This document shows, piece after piece, positions 1 through 10,260 of a DNA stretch of 64,000 bases. The notes beneath the pieces were generated by a model that was given only the letters and a program-made list of their open reading frames with translations, searched no databases and was not told where the DNA came from. Made by a program: the position numbers and the translations under genes. The stretch is from an uncultured Bacilli bacterium (lineage in GTDB: Bacteria; Bacillota_I; Bacilli_A; RF39; UBA660): assembly GCA_947628275.1 (NCBI GenBank), contig CANQZD010000001.1, positions 16,401 to 80,400 on the forward strand. Reading direction: 5' to 3'. The stretch's first letter is position 1. Each line of letters begins with the position of its first letter.

Positions 1-173
1 TAATGTAGGGTAAAATTCAAGAAAATACCTGACAAAATGAAAAAATATATTTTTGAAATTGCCATTAACTTATTAAAAAAGTTCAAGAAACACTGATAAA
101 TCATTTATTTATGGTATCTAGCAAATTGAACTTTTTTATGTTATGATTCTTATTAAGAATAAAGGTGGTCTTT

Positions 174-1574
174 ATGGATATTGGTTATGCAGTCTTAACT
201 TTAAATTTTATTTATATAGCCATTTTAGCAGTTATATTTTTTACAAGAAAAAAAGTAAAAAATGTTGAAACAACAATTTTTGGTTTATTAATAATATCTA
301 ATTTATTAGGTTTAGTTTTAGAATTTTTATGTGGATATTTTATTAAGGGACTTCCAAAATATGAAATAATTACTTTTATTATTAATAAATTACATATTGT
401 AAATATTAGTTTTTGGATTACTACTTTTACTTTATATGTTGTATTTATTTGTTTTGGTTATGAAAAAATAAAGAAAAAGTTTAAAAATTTGTTATCATAT
501 ATTTATTGTTATTTTGTTTTTATTTTTTTATTAGCATATGTCTTGCCAATTAATTATTTTAATGATGGAAAAAGTATTTATTCTTATGGTCCAGCTTCTA
601 ATTTAATTGTTATTTTGTGTATTATTTATTTAGCTATTGATATTTTGGCAATTATTAAAAATATTCGAAATATAAGTAAATTAAAATTAATTCCTTTAAT
701 TATTTTAATAATTGGTTTAATAGTTGTTTTTATTTTAAGAAGTATTAATCCTAGTATGGTATTAATTACAACAATATTTTCTTTTGTAACAACGATTATG
801 TATCATACTATAGAAAATCCTGATATAAAAATGGTTAGACAATTAGAAATTGCCAATATCAAAGTAGAAAAAGCTAGTCGAGCAAAGAGTGAGTTTTTAT
901 CAAGTATGTCTCATGAAATAAGAACGCCACTTAATGCTATTGTAGGATTTAGTAGTTTAATTAAAGAAGCCAATACTTTAGAAGAAGCTAAAGAAAATGC
1001 TGAAGATATTGTTTCTTCGTCAGAAAAATTATTAACAATGATTAGTAATGTTTTAGATATAGCAAGAATAGATACAAATAAAAGTGAACTTAAAAATGTT
1101 AATTATAATTTTAATCAAGAATTAAATAAAGTAATTTATCTATTTATTTCTAAAGCCGATGAGAAGGGAATAATATTACAAGATGAAATAGAAGAGCTAC
1201 CTAAAACTTTAAATGGCGATGTAGAAAGTATTAAAAGAATAGTAGCTAATTTATTAGATAATGCAATTAAATATACTGAAAAAGGAAGTATTAATTTAAT
1301 AGTTAAAAAGAAAATCGAAAAAGATAATTGTAAAATTACTATTACTATTTCTGATACTGGAGTAGGAATATCTAAAAAAGTTTTAAAAAACATTTTTGAA
1401 GAATTTAATAGAGAAGAAAAATATAGGGATACAGCAACATCTGGAATGGGACTTGGTTTATCTATTTCTAAAAAATTATTAGATATGATGGGTGGAAAAA
1501 TAGAGTATAAATCAAGTGTTGGAAAAGGAACAACATTTACTATTTATTTAACTCAAAAAATTGTTGAGGAGTAA
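174..1574 (+). CDS. Membrane sensor histidine kinase (multi-TM N-terminus, HisKA + HATPase_c)
   Basis: H-box 'SHEIRTPLNAI' and G-boxes 'DTGVGIS'/'GMGLGLSI'. The N-terminus is hydrophobic with about 6 TM segments. The track ORF begins at GTG 165, but ATG 174 lies 5 nt after the 'AAAGGTGG' RBS. Confidence 0.8.
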   Translation: MDIGYAVLTLNFIYIAILAVIFFTRKKVKNVETTIFGLLIISNLLGLVLEFLCGYFIKGLPKYEIITFIINKLHIVNISFWITTFTLYVVFICFGYEKIKKKFKNLLSYIYCYFVFIFLLAYVLPINYFNDGKSIYSYGPASNLIVILCIIYLAIDILAIIKNIRNISKLKLIPLIILIIGLIVVFILRSINPSMVLITTIFSFVTTIMYHTIENPDIKMVRQLEIANIKVEKASRAKSEFLSSMSHEIRTPLNAIVGFSSLIKEANTLEEAKENAEDIVSSSEKLLTMISNVLDIARIDTNKSELKNVNYNFNQELNKVIYLFISKADEKGIILQDEIEELPKTLNGDVESIKRIVANLLDNAIKYTEKGSINLIVKKKIEKDNCKITITISDTGVGISKKVLKNIFEEFNREEKYRDTATSGMGLGLSISKKLLDMMGGKIEYKSSVGKGTTFTIYLTQKIVEE

Positions 1575-1576
1575 GT

Positions 1577-1933
1577 ATGAAAATATTAGTAGTGGATGAT
1601 AGTGCAATTAATTTAAAAGTAGCAACTAAAATATTAGAAAAAGAAGGTTATGAGGTAGATAATGCTTTAAGTGGCTTTGAATGTTTAAAAATGGTTAAAG
1701 AAAAGCATTATGACTTAATTTTTATGGATATAATGATGCCAGAAATGGACGGAGTAGAAACATTTAAAAGATTAAAACAAATTGATGGTTTTAAAACACC
1801 AGTTATTACTTTAACAGCTGATGTTGAATTAGATAGTGAAGAAAAATATTTAAACTTAGGGTTTACAGCTTATTTAGAAAAACCAATAAATATAGAGAAG
1901 CTAAGAAAAATTATTAGTAATATTAAAAAATAA
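1577..1933 (+). CDS. Stand-alone response-regulator receiver (CheY-like REC domain only)
   Basis: 'VVDDS...DLIFMDIMMPEMDG...LTA' carries the phospho-acceptor Asp and the Thr/Lys signature of a REC domain. It has no output domain and sits 3 nt downstream of the kinase gene. Confidence 0.8.
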   Translation: MKILVVDDSAINLKVATKILEKEGYEVDNALSGFECLKMVKEKHYDLIFMDIMMPEMDGVETFKRLKQIDGFKTPVITLTADVELDSEEKYLNLGFTAYLEKPINIEKLRKIISNIKK

Positions 1934-1943
1934 GAGGTATTAT

Positions 1944-2441
1944 ATGGATAAAGAAGTTTATTATGTAAGTCAAGAAGGTTATGATTTATTTGTAAAAGGA
2001 ATTGATGATTTAAGAAATAAATTAAATTGTAAAGGTAAAGAAAAAAGCGAATCATTTAATTCGGCTGTTGGTGATGGCTGGCATGATAATTTTGATTTTG
2101 AACAATCAGCTAGAGATGAAAAAAAGATTTTAAAACAAATAGATGATAATAAAAAAATATTAAATAATTTAGTGGTTGTAAAAGAAGAAACTAATGATGA
2201 AGATATCGTAAAAATAAATGATATAGTATTGTTAAAATTAGAATATGAAGATAATAGTAGTGAAGAATTATTATTTAAGTTAGTTGGAACTTTTTATACA
2301 AACAATACTAACAAAGAATATCAAGAAATAACTTTAAATTCACCAATAGGAAAAGCCATCTATCATAAAAAATTTTTTTCTATGACAGAATATATTGTAA
2401 ATGATAAAAAAATAAAAGTTTATATAGAACGTTATAAATGA
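1944..2441 (+). CDS. GreA/GreB-family transcription elongation factor-like protein
   Basis: The C-terminal 'NSPIGKAIYHKK' resembles the GreA FKBP-like 'SPIAKALLGKKVGD', and the N-terminus is acidic and coiled-coil-like ('GDGWHDNFDFEQ'). Confidence 0.5.
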   Translation: MDKEVYYVSQEGYDLFVKGIDDLRNKLNCKGKEKSESFNSAVGDGWHDNFDFEQSARDEKKILKQIDDNKKILNNLVVVKEETNDEDIVKINDIVLLKLEYEDNSSEELLFKLVGTFYTNNTNKEYQEITLNSPIGKAIYHKKFFSMTEYIVNDKKIKVYIERYK

Positions 2442-2450
2442 TTTAAATTA

Positions 2451-2690
2451 TCATTGGAAAAAAACTGGTTTGTTATTAGGAATAATTTTTTCTTTTTGGG
2501 GGATATTTTGTTTAATTGGTTGTTTTTGATTTTTATTCATAAATTCTTTAGCAACTTTAAAGGCATCTTGGGCATTTTTTATCATTGGTTTGGCTTTCAT
2601 ATATAAGGGTATTACTTGATTGGCAAAATTTAGGGTTCTATTTATTCGCCCAATCATTGTTGGTAAAGAAAAGGCTCGTCCTGGATACAT
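2451..2690 (-). CDS. Hypothetical small basic protein (79 aa)
   Basis: An ORF with no recognisable motif. Confidence 0.25.
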   Translation of the reverse strand: MYPGRAFSLPTMIGRINRTLNFANQVIPLYMKAKPMIKNAQDAFKVAKEFMNKNQKQPIKQNIPQKEKIIPNNKPVFFQ

Positions 2691-2775
2691 AAGATCACTT
2701 CCTAATATATTTTATGCTTATATTAAATATTGAATTAATGAAAATTCTTTGTTAAGATATTGTTGAGGTAAGAAA

Positions 2776-3432
2776 ATGACAAATATAGTAGTCTTAATTA
2801 TAGGTTTTTTACTAGGAATTGGTTATGATATTTTTGGTTTTAATTTGCCTTTAGTTAAAGAAAAAAGAAAGTATCGTTTTAGATTTTTATCAATTATTAT
2901 TGGCTTATTAAATGGTATACTATTTTTATTTTTTTATAATTTAAATGGTTTTAGTTATGATTTTATAGTTAGTATTGTTTTGACTTCGTTGTTAATTTTA
3001 ATTTTTATTAGTGATATTAGTTATATGATAATTTTAGATTCTCCATTAATTATAAGTTTGATTATTATATTTATTTGTAAGTGGTGTTTTATTGGCTTTA
3101 AGGCTAGTTTAATGGGAATAATTGACGGTTTGATATTATTTTTATTTATGATGTTAATTGGTTATTTAGGTCAAAAGTTATTTAAAAAGGAAAGTCTTGG
3201 TGGAGGAGATATTAAATTAGCTTTTGTGATTGGTTATACGTTAGGTTTGCCATTAGGTTTTACTTCTTTGGCTTTATCAACTTTTTTGGCTTTACCTTAT
3301 GCTGTGTATAGTATGTTTTCTAATAAAAATCATGAAGTTGCTTTTGGTCCTTTTTTAGTTTCAGCGTTGTGGTTAGTTTTTATTTTTAGTGAAAAATTTA
3401 GTAATTTATTAAGTTTCCTTTTTAGGTTTTAG
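2776..3432 (+). CDS. Type IV prepilin peptidase (A24 family, ComC/PilD-like) lacking the N-terminal zinc-finger
   Basis: It is a polytopic membrane protein. The 'GGGDIKL' motif carries the second catalytic Asp, and the 'ISDISYMIILD' region carries the first. Confidence 0.65.
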   Translation: MTNIVVLIIGFLLGIGYDIFGFNLPLVKEKRKYRFRFLSIIIGLLNGILFLFFYNLNGFSYDFIVSIVLTSLLILIFISDISYMIILDSPLIISLIIIFICKWCFIGFKASLMGIIDGLILFLFMMLIGYLGQKLFKKESLGGGDIKLAFVIGYTLGLPLGFTSLALSTFLALPYAVYSMFSNKNHEVAFGPFLVSALWLVFIFSEKFSNLLSFLFRF

Positions 3433-4431
3433 TTTTTTTAATTTAATAGTAAAAATTGTTAAAATTAAGATAATAAAGATTATTAAAATTATTGGTAAAT
3501 AATAGTATATTTGAAGGGCTAGACTATAGTGAATACCAAAGAATATTGAAATAGTAAAAATACTAATTAGGATTAAGCTAAACCATAGTTTAATTCCTTT
3601 TTTTGGTAATTTTTCTTTAACTGTGTTAATACTAATACTTAAAACCATAAATAAATCAAATAAAGTAGCAATGGCAAAGATGTTTTCTACTTTTTCAATA
3701 AAGTTTAAGATTTTAATAACTTTTAAAACCATATATTCAGGGTAACGATAGATTTTAATTAAATCTGGTCCCATAATACCAATGATTAAGGTTCCCATAA
3801 TGATTATAGTAAGGTTTGCTAAAAAATAGTATTTTGGTAAGTTATTATCTGTATCAGGTATTAAAATCATAAAAATTAAAGGGGCTGTGCTATATGCTAC
3901 ATAATAAATGGCAGCTTGAAAAATATGAAAGATATCAGTTGTTAATACTGGTAAGTAATGTTCAGTTTTAATGTAGCCTGTTAAAGTTATTAAAGCAATA
4001 ATTACCATAAATAATGATATTGTCATTAAAATACTACCGACTCTTCCAATTGTGGTAAAACTTTTTTGACAGATTCTAAAGACTAAAATTAAAGCTGGTA
4101 AGAGAATAAACCAATGAGGAGATTGGACTAAAAAGAAATTAGAGGCTAGTGTTTGGAAAATAAATAAAATTTCACTAGCAATAAAAATACTAAATAAACA
4201 AATTAATATTTTTAATAAATAATGTCCCGGTTCTTTTAAAAAATTAAGAGATTGATATTGTTTTTTTATTTTGGCAATATAAGTGACAACTAGTAATGAT
4301 AATAAATTACCAATAATAAAACTTATCCAAGAATCTTTACCAGCAATGTTAAATAAAAATGAGAAACCAAAGCCAATAAAGAAAACTCTTGTTAAAAAAT
4401 AAACATAAGAAAATGTTGTTCGTTTAATCAT
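3409..4431 (-). CDS. gerAB: Spore germination protein, Ger(x)B permease-like subunit
   Basis: A 340-aa protein with about 10 TM segments. It is the third gene of an A-C-B operon and overlaps the stop of the gerAC-like gene. Confidence 0.65.
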   Translation of the reverse strand: MIKRTTFSYVYFLTRVFFIGFGFSFLFNIAGKDSWISFIIGNLLSLLVVTYIAKIKKQYQSLNFLKEPGHYLLKILICLFSIFIASEILFIFQTLASNFFLVQSPHWFILLPALILVFRICQKSFTTIGRVGSILMTISLFMVIIALITLTGYIKTEHYLPVLTTDIFHIFQAAIYYVAYSTAPLIFMILIPDTDNNLPKYYFLANLTIIIMGTLIIGIMGPDLIKIYRYPEYMVLKVIKILNFIEKVENIFAIATLFDLFMVLSISINTVKEKLPKKGIKLWFSLILISIFTISIFFGIHYSLALQIYYYLPIILIIFIILILTIFTIKLKKLKPKKET

Positions 4432-5524
4432 TAGTCATCACCTCAAAGATAACACCATTTTTATCTAATAAAATTGTAGTATTGCTTTTAACTTCAAGAT
4501 TATACCATTTGGGTAAGGGTTGTTTGGTTTTAATGTAATATTTTTTTTGAATAGCTAAGACATCACTTTTTAAATTTTTAAAATAATTGACTGTGGTGGT
4601 AATTTTTTCATTTAAGATAGTTGCAAAATGATTTTCAATGTCATTATAAATATTGGGGTCTTTGAAATTGTAACCACATTCATCATCCATGATATTAGCT
4701 TTATATTTAGCATTTATGGTAATATTGTCTTTAGTTACTTCTATTTTAGTCGCGTCATTGTCATATAAACTAACGGTTAGATTTTTATCTTGATTATTAT
4801 AACAGGGAATACTTAAATAATAGTTATTACTTTCATTATTTAATAAGTTTAGAGTAGCTGATTCTTGTTGGTCTAATATTTTGACCATTTGATATTTTTG
4901 AAAAATTGCTAAGCCAACTATTTTAACTTTATTTTCTGAACTTAGAGTAACTGCATTTAAGTAAGCATCTTTATGATTGTTAAATAAGTAACCTAAAAAT
5001 TTTTCAAAATTTATATTAGTAGAAATACTTTCTTTATAGTTATTGTATTCAATTAAACCTTCAATTGCGGTAGAAACAACAGGAGATTCTTCATTTGCTT
5101 TTGAAAGAATTTCTTTGGCATCTACATCTTTAGATATAACTGGATAAAAAACATTTCGAGTATTTGGGTCACGAATTAAATAATCAACAATATTTTCTAA
5201 ATGATTTTTAGCAATTTCTTCACTGAAAATTACCGTTTTTAGATGAGCAAGATAAGCATCTTTATCTAAGCTTTGTAAAGCATTTTGATAAGCTATGGGA
5301 AAAGATGAAGCTTGACCTTCAATTAAGTAACTTTGACTTTTTCCACTGCCATTTTGGTCAGAGTTACTTTTTTGACTATTTAGAACTTCAAAATTTACAA
5401 GATATTCATCGTTTTGATAATCAACACTTAGCCCGACAATGATTGCTCGGTCATTTAATTCTTGGTAATCATAACAACCCGTTAAACATAAAGAAAGTAA
5501 AATTAAATATATTATTTTTCGCAT
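4424..5524 (-). CDS. gerAC: Spore germination lipoprotein Ger(x)C
   Basis: The lipobox 'LSLCLTGCYD' at the N-terminus and the 366-aa size, between the GerA and GerB family genes. Confidence 0.7.
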   Translation of the reverse strand: MRKIIYLILLSLCLTGCYDYQELNDRAIIVGLSVDYQNDEYLVNFEVLNSQKSNSDQNGSGKSQSYLIEGQASSFPIAYQNALQSLDKDAYLAHLKTVIFSEEIAKNHLENIVDYLIRDPNTRNVFYPVISKDVDAKEILSKANEESPVVSTAIEGLIEYNNYKESISTNINFEKFLGYLFNNHKDAYLNAVTLSSENKVKIVGLAIFQKYQMVKILDQQESATLNLLNNESNNYYLSIPCYNNQDKNLTVSLYDNDATKIEVTKDNITINAKYKANIMDDECGYNFKDPNIYNDIENHFATILNEKITTTVNYFKNLKSDVLAIQKKYYIKTKQPLPKWYNLEVKSNTTILLDKNGVIFEVMTND

Positions 5525-6954
5525 AGTGTTCTCCTTTGTTTAGTTTGATTTTTTTTAGTTAACATTGGGCTTCGTTTGTTATCTTTATTAATTTTAGTTT
5601 TTAATAAGTATTTGTGTAAGTAGTTTTTTTCATAAGGGGCAAGAGGAAAGAAGTAAGGCTTTTTTAAAGATGTTATTTCGGTGATATAGATTAAAAAATA
5701 AATGAAAGAAATAACAATGCCATAAAGGCCAAATAAAGTAGCCATAACTAAGAATAAGAAACGCCATTGTCTTGTTGCGCTGGTTATTTCTTGGTCAGTA
5801 AAAATTAAACTGGTAATGAAAGTAAAAGAAATGATAATAATCATAATTGGCGAGACAATTCCAGCTGATACAGCAGCTTCACCAATAATTAAGGCACCTA
5901 AAATGGAAATGGCACTTCCATAAGAATTAGGAAATCGATAGTCACTTTCTCGTAGTATTTCACATAATACTAACATAATTATAGCTTCAACAATTGTAGG
6001 AAAAGGAACTTCACTACGTTGCATGGCAAAATTTACTAATAAGGATGTTGGAATGGTTTCGGGATTAAAATTTAAAAGAGCAATATAAATAGCGGGAACC
6101 ATGATGGTAAAGAAAAAACAAGCCATTCGCAAAATTTTTAAAAAGTTAATATTTTGAGGAATACTATAATTGTCAGAAGTTGGATTGATAAAATCACTAA
6201 AAAAAGCTGGTAAGATTAAAGCAAATGGTGAAGTATCAACTAAAATAACGATTTTGCCTTCTAAAAGAGCCGTAGCTACTAAATCTGGACGTTCAGTTTT
6301 ATATACAGTTGGAAAGTTGGAGTTACTTTCTAAATGAAAGTATTGAGCAATTGTTCCAGAGTCAGTAATTCCATCAATATCAATATTATTTAGGGTTTTT
6401 AAAACTTCATTAACGTTATCTTTTTCAGCAATGTCATCAAAATAAAGAATATTTAACATGGTACTTGTTTTACGACCAATGGTTTTATTAATTGATTTTA
6501 AGGTATGACTTTTTATTCTTCTTTTAACTAGACCTAAGTTAATTTGAATGTTTTCTGTAAAAGCATCTTTGGGACCATTTATAGCTGGTTCAGTGGTTGG
6601 TTCTGCTACACTACGGTTAATATCAGCTTTAGTTTCAGAAGCTAATATTTTTTGATTGTCAACAATGATAGTAAAACCATTAGTTAAATAAAATTCTATT
6701 TGGTCAAGTTCTTTAATTACGATGGTATGGGGAGAGGGGATTAAACTTTTAATATCAGTTATACGGCGTTTTTTTAAACCTGTTAGTAATGATAAATTTT
6801 TTAAAATATAATCATTTACTTTATCAGAACCAGTAACACTTTCTAAATAAATAACATAAATGGTTTTTAGAGGAGTAATTTTTATTTCTTTAATAATTAA
6901 ATCAACATTTTCATTAAATTCATTTTGAATTCTTTTGACAATTTTATTTTTCAT
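5512..6954 (-). CDS. gerAA: Spore germination protein GerAA/GerKA family (A subunit)
   Basis: A family-typical soluble N-terminal domain followed by 4-5 TM segments at the C-terminus. The track ORF starts at GTG 6966; ATG 6954 may be the true start. Confidence 0.7.
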   Translation of the reverse strand: MKNKIVKRIQNEFNENVDLIIKEIKITPLKTIYVIYLESVTGSDKVNDYILKNLSLLTGLKKRRITDIKSLIPSPHTIVIKELDQIEFYLTNGFTIIVDNQKILASETKADINRSVAEPTTEPAINGPKDAFTENIQINLGLVKRRIKSHTLKSINKTIGRKTSTMLNILYFDDIAEKDNVNEVLKTLNNIDIDGITDSGTIAQYFHLESNSNFPTVYKTERPDLVATALLEGKIVILVDTSPFALILPAFFSDFINPTSDNYSIPQNINFLKILRMACFFFTIMVPAIYIALLNFNPETIPTSLLVNFAMQRSEVPFPTIVEAIIMLVLCEILRESDYRFPNSYGSAISILGALIIGEAAVSAGIVSPIMIIIISFTFITSLIFTDQEITSATRQWRFLFLVMATLFGLYGIVISFIYFLIYITEITSLKKPYFFPLAPYEKNYLHKYLLKTKINKDNKRSPMLTKKNQTKQRRTLCEK

Positions 6955-7091
6955 AAAGTAATTCACCAGTTATAGTATGAAACAAGAAAGTAATTTTAAA
7001 CTGAAAATTGGAAAAAATATATAAAATATCTAGACTTAAAAGCAATGTTTTGATATATTTTAAATATGTTTAGGCATTAGAAAGAATTGTT

Positions 7092-8294
7092 ATGAAATTA
7101 AAGATTAGTGATATTGATGATTTAGGAAGAGGCTTAGCCAAAGATGATGGAAAAATTTGGTTTATTAATAAGGCTTTATTAGATGAAGAAGTAGATGTTA
7201 AAGTTATTCTTGATAAAAAAAAGTATGGTCTAGGTAAAATTCACAAAATATTAAAAGCTAGCAAAGAAAGAAAATGTTCTTTTTGTCCATATTCTTTTTT
7301 TTGTGATGGGTGTGCCTTTGATATTACTTCTTATGAAAATAGTATAAAATTAAAAGAAGACGCCATTAATAAAATGTTTAAGTATGAAAATATTATTATA
7401 CCTGAATTTAAAATTGTTAAAAATCCAAAAACTTTAGGTTATCGAAATAAAATAAGTTTAAAAGTTTTAGATGGTCAGGTTGGTTATTATGAAGAAGCTA
7501 CTCATAATTTTATAGCAATTAAGCATTGTGCATTAGTTCTTGAGGCAATTAATAAGGTTATTGAAGATTTTAATTTATATTATTTTAAAAAAGGAAATTT
7601 GCAAATTCGTTCGAATGATAATAATGAAATATTATTAATAATTAGTACAAAAGAACCAGTAAATATTTCCGATGACTTATATCAAAAACATAAAATAGTA
7701 GGGGTAATTATTAATGATGAAGTAGTATATAATGATTCATTTTTTTATGAAAGAAGAAATGGATTGTTATATAAAGTTAGTTATGATGCTTTCTTTCAAG
7801 TAAATGCTTGGATAAGTGAAAAAATAAGTCAAGATATTATGAATTTTATTACTAGTGATGATATTATTTTAGATTTATATTGTGGGGTAGGTTATTTTAG
7901 TTTAAAAATGGCTTTAAAAGCTAAAGAAGTAATTGGAATTGAAGTTTTAAAAAATGCAGTTTTAGATGCTTTAAAAAATAAAGAATTAAATCATTTAAAT
8001 AATGTAAATTTCTTACTTGGTAAAGTAGAAGATAAGATAGATAAGATTGCTAAAAAGTTTACTAAAGTTTTGGTTGATCCGCCTCGAAGTGGTTTAGATA
8101 AAAAAACAATTAATTTTTTATTAGCCCAAGAAATACCAACGATTATTTATATTTCTTGTAATCCTAAAACTTTAAAACGTGATATTAAGGTTTTAATAGA
8201 AAAATATAAAATTCTTGATTTAAAAGGTTATGATATGTTTTCTTATACCAAACATGTTGAATGTGTATGTATTCTAAATTTAAGATATTTATAA
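7092..8294 (+). CDS. rlmD: 23S rRNA (uracil-C5)-methyltransferase RlmD/RumA family (TRAM + Fe-S + SAM MTase)
   Basis: An N-terminal TRAM domain, a Cys cluster 'CSFCPYSFFCDGCAF', SAM motifs 'ILDLYCGVGYFS' and 'LVDPPRSG', and the C-terminal catalytic 'SCNP'. Confidence 0.8.
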   Translation: MKLKISDIDDLGRGLAKDDGKIWFINKALLDEEVDVKVILDKKKYGLGKIHKILKASKERKCSFCPYSFFCDGCAFDITSYENSIKLKEDAINKMFKYENIIIPEFKIVKNPKTLGYRNKISLKVLDGQVGYYEEATHNFIAIKHCALVLEAINKVIEDFNLYYFKKGNLQIRSNDNNEILLIISTKEPVNISDDLYQKHKIVGVIINDEVVYNDSFFYERRNGLLYKVSYDAFFQVNAWISEKISQDIMNFITSDDIILDLYCGVGYFSLKMALKAKEVIGIEVLKNAVLDALKNKELNHLNNVNFLLGKVEDKIDKIAKKFTKVLVDPPRSGLDKKTINFLLAQEIPTIIYISCNPKTLKRDIKVLIEKYKILDLKGYDMFSYTKHVECVCILNLRYL

Positions 8295-8326
8295 CGAACT
8301 AAGATTGTGTTATGATTTAGAAGGGA

Positions 8327-8776
8327 ATGAGTGATGATATGAATAAAAAAATAATGATATTTATTTTGAGTTTGTTTGGAGCTTTAACTTTGTTGGCAAC
8401 TATTTTCTTTTTTAGTAATAAAAATGAGGATGTCGTTAAAAATGAAGAACCAAAAGTAGTAGAACCTCAAAATAGGGATAGTTATGTAAAGATTTCTGAT
8501 ACTGATTTAAGTTCTTCTAAAGCAGATGTTCATATTTTAATTAAGTATTCGTTAGGATTATATGCTAAAGCAACTGATAATTTAGAAATAGAAGGTGATT
8601 TGTTAGTAAATTTTGGGACAATAGATAAGTTAACAGATTCTGATAATGTGCCAATTAATGATTTGGAAACTAATAGTAAAGAGTTTTATAAAGCTATAAT
8701 TGTTAGATATTCATATGATGAATTAATCGTGCAAAAAGATGATTTGGTATATCGGTTTTATCGAATAGGTGATTAA
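8327..8776 (+). CDS. Hypothetical membrane-anchored protein (149 aa)
   Basis: An N-terminal TM segment and no other motif. Confidence 0.3.
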   Translation: MSDDMNKKIMIFILSLFGALTLLATIFFFSNKNEDVVKNEEPKVVEPQNRDSYVKISDTDLSSSKADVHILIKYSLGLYAKATDNLEIEGDLLVNFGTIDKLTDSDNVPINDLETNSKEFYKAIIVRYSYDELIVQKDDLVYRFYRIGD

Positions 8777-8778
8777 AG

Positions 8779-10260
8779 GTGCAAAAAGAGTTATTAGTTC
8801 CAGTTGGTAATTTTGCTTGTTTACCTTATGCAGTTTTTAATGGTTGTGATGCAATTTATTTGGCTGGTAAAAAATATGGAGCAAGAGCCTATGCTGATAA
8901 TTTTACAGATGAAGAATTAAAAAAGGCAGTTAGTTTTTGTCATTTGTATGGTGTGAAGGTTTATGTAGCAATTAATGTTATGCTTTTTGAACGTGAATTA
9001 AATGCGGTTTTAGAGTATCTTCATTTTCTTGTAAGTATTAATGTTGATGCTTTAATTGTTAGTGATTTAGGCCTAATAGCTACAATTCATGAGTTATATC
9101 CTAATTTAGAGATTCATGCTTCAACGCAAGCTCATACTTTTAATGTTTCGCAAATAAAATTTTTAAAGGAACTTGGGGTTAAAAGAGTTGTCGTTGATCG
9201 TGAGCTTTCATTAAAAGAAATTAAAAAGTTGGAAAATATTATTGATATTGAAGTTTTTATTCATGGGGCGTTGTGTGTTAGTTATTCTGGTAATTGCCTA
9301 ATGAGTTATATGTTAAAACAAAGAAGTGGTAATCGAGGATGCTGTGCTCAAGTATGCCGGTTAAAGTATTCATTAGAACATAAAAGAAAAATTGTACCTT
9401 TAAAAGATAAGTATTTATTATCTACTAAAGAACTTAATACTTCAGCACATTTAGATGAATTACTTGCAAGTAAAATAGTTAGTTTTAAGGTTGAAGGAAG
9501 AATGAAAAGTCCTAGTTATGTAGGATTTATAACTAAATATTATCGAACTTTAATTACTAATTATGAAAAAACTGGGAAAGTTCAGATTAAAAAAGAAGAT
9601 ATAGAAAAATTAAAAGTTATTTTTAATCGAGAATTTACGGATGGATATTTATTTGAAAGTAAAAATATTTATAATATGAAAACTCCTAATCATCAAGGAA
9701 CTTTTCTTGGTCAAGTTATTAGTATTTCAAAAGATAAAATTAAAATTAAATTAAAAAAATCACTAAGTCAGGGAGATGGGATTAGATTTATTAGTGAAGA
9801 TGTTGGAATGATGGTTAACTATTTATATGATAAAAATGGAAAGTTAATTAACATGGGTCGGGCTAATGATATAGTATATGTATTAAATAAAGTTAATCTT
9901 ACTAAAACTGGTGAGGTTAGAAAAACTATTGATTATCAGTTAGAAACTGAACTTAGTAAAGTTGCTAAAAAGAAAATTTTAGTTAATGTCGATTTAAATA
10001 TATCTTTAGGAAAATTTGCTATTTTAGTTGATGATGGAAACAATAAAATTAAATTAGTTGATGATTTTGTTTTTATGGCAACAAAAAAAGCTACAACTAA
10101 AGAAGAAATTATAAAACAGATTAAAAAAACGGGAAATACGCCTTTTGAAATTGATAAGATTAGTATTTGTATAGAACCTAATTTGTTTATACCGCTTAGT
10201 AAGATAAACGATATAAGAAGAAGAGTTTTGGAAATGTTAGAAAGGCAAAGAAGAAAATGA
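8779..10260 (+). CDS. Peptidase U32 family protein (YrrO-like)
   Basis: Family-typical TIM-barrel motifs 'DAIY.AGK.YGAR', 'E.NAV..' and 'CRLKY'. It overlaps the next U32 gene by 4 nt. Confidence 0.75.
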   Translation: MQKELLVPVGNFACLPYAVFNGCDAIYLAGKKYGARAYADNFTDEELKKAVSFCHLYGVKVYVAINVMLFERELNAVLEYLHFLVSINVDALIVSDLGLIATIHELYPNLEIHASTQAHTFNVSQIKFLKELGVKRVVVDRELSLKEIKKLENIIDIEVFIHGALCVSYSGNCLMSYMLKQRSGNRGCCAQVCRLKYSLEHKRKIVPLKDKYLLSTKELNTSAHLDELLASKIVSFKVEGRMKSPSYVGFITKYYRTLITNYEKTGKVQIKKEDIEKLKVIFNREFTDGYLFESKNIYNMKTPNHQGTFLGQVISISKDKIKIKLKKSLSQGDGIRFISEDVGMMVNYLYDKNGKLINMGRANDIVYVLNKVNLTKTGEVRKTIDYQLETELSKVAKKKILVNVDLNISLGKFAILVDDGNNKIKLVDDFVFMATKKATTKEEIIKQIKKTGNTPFEIDKISICIEPNLFIPLSKINDIRRRVLEMLERQRRK

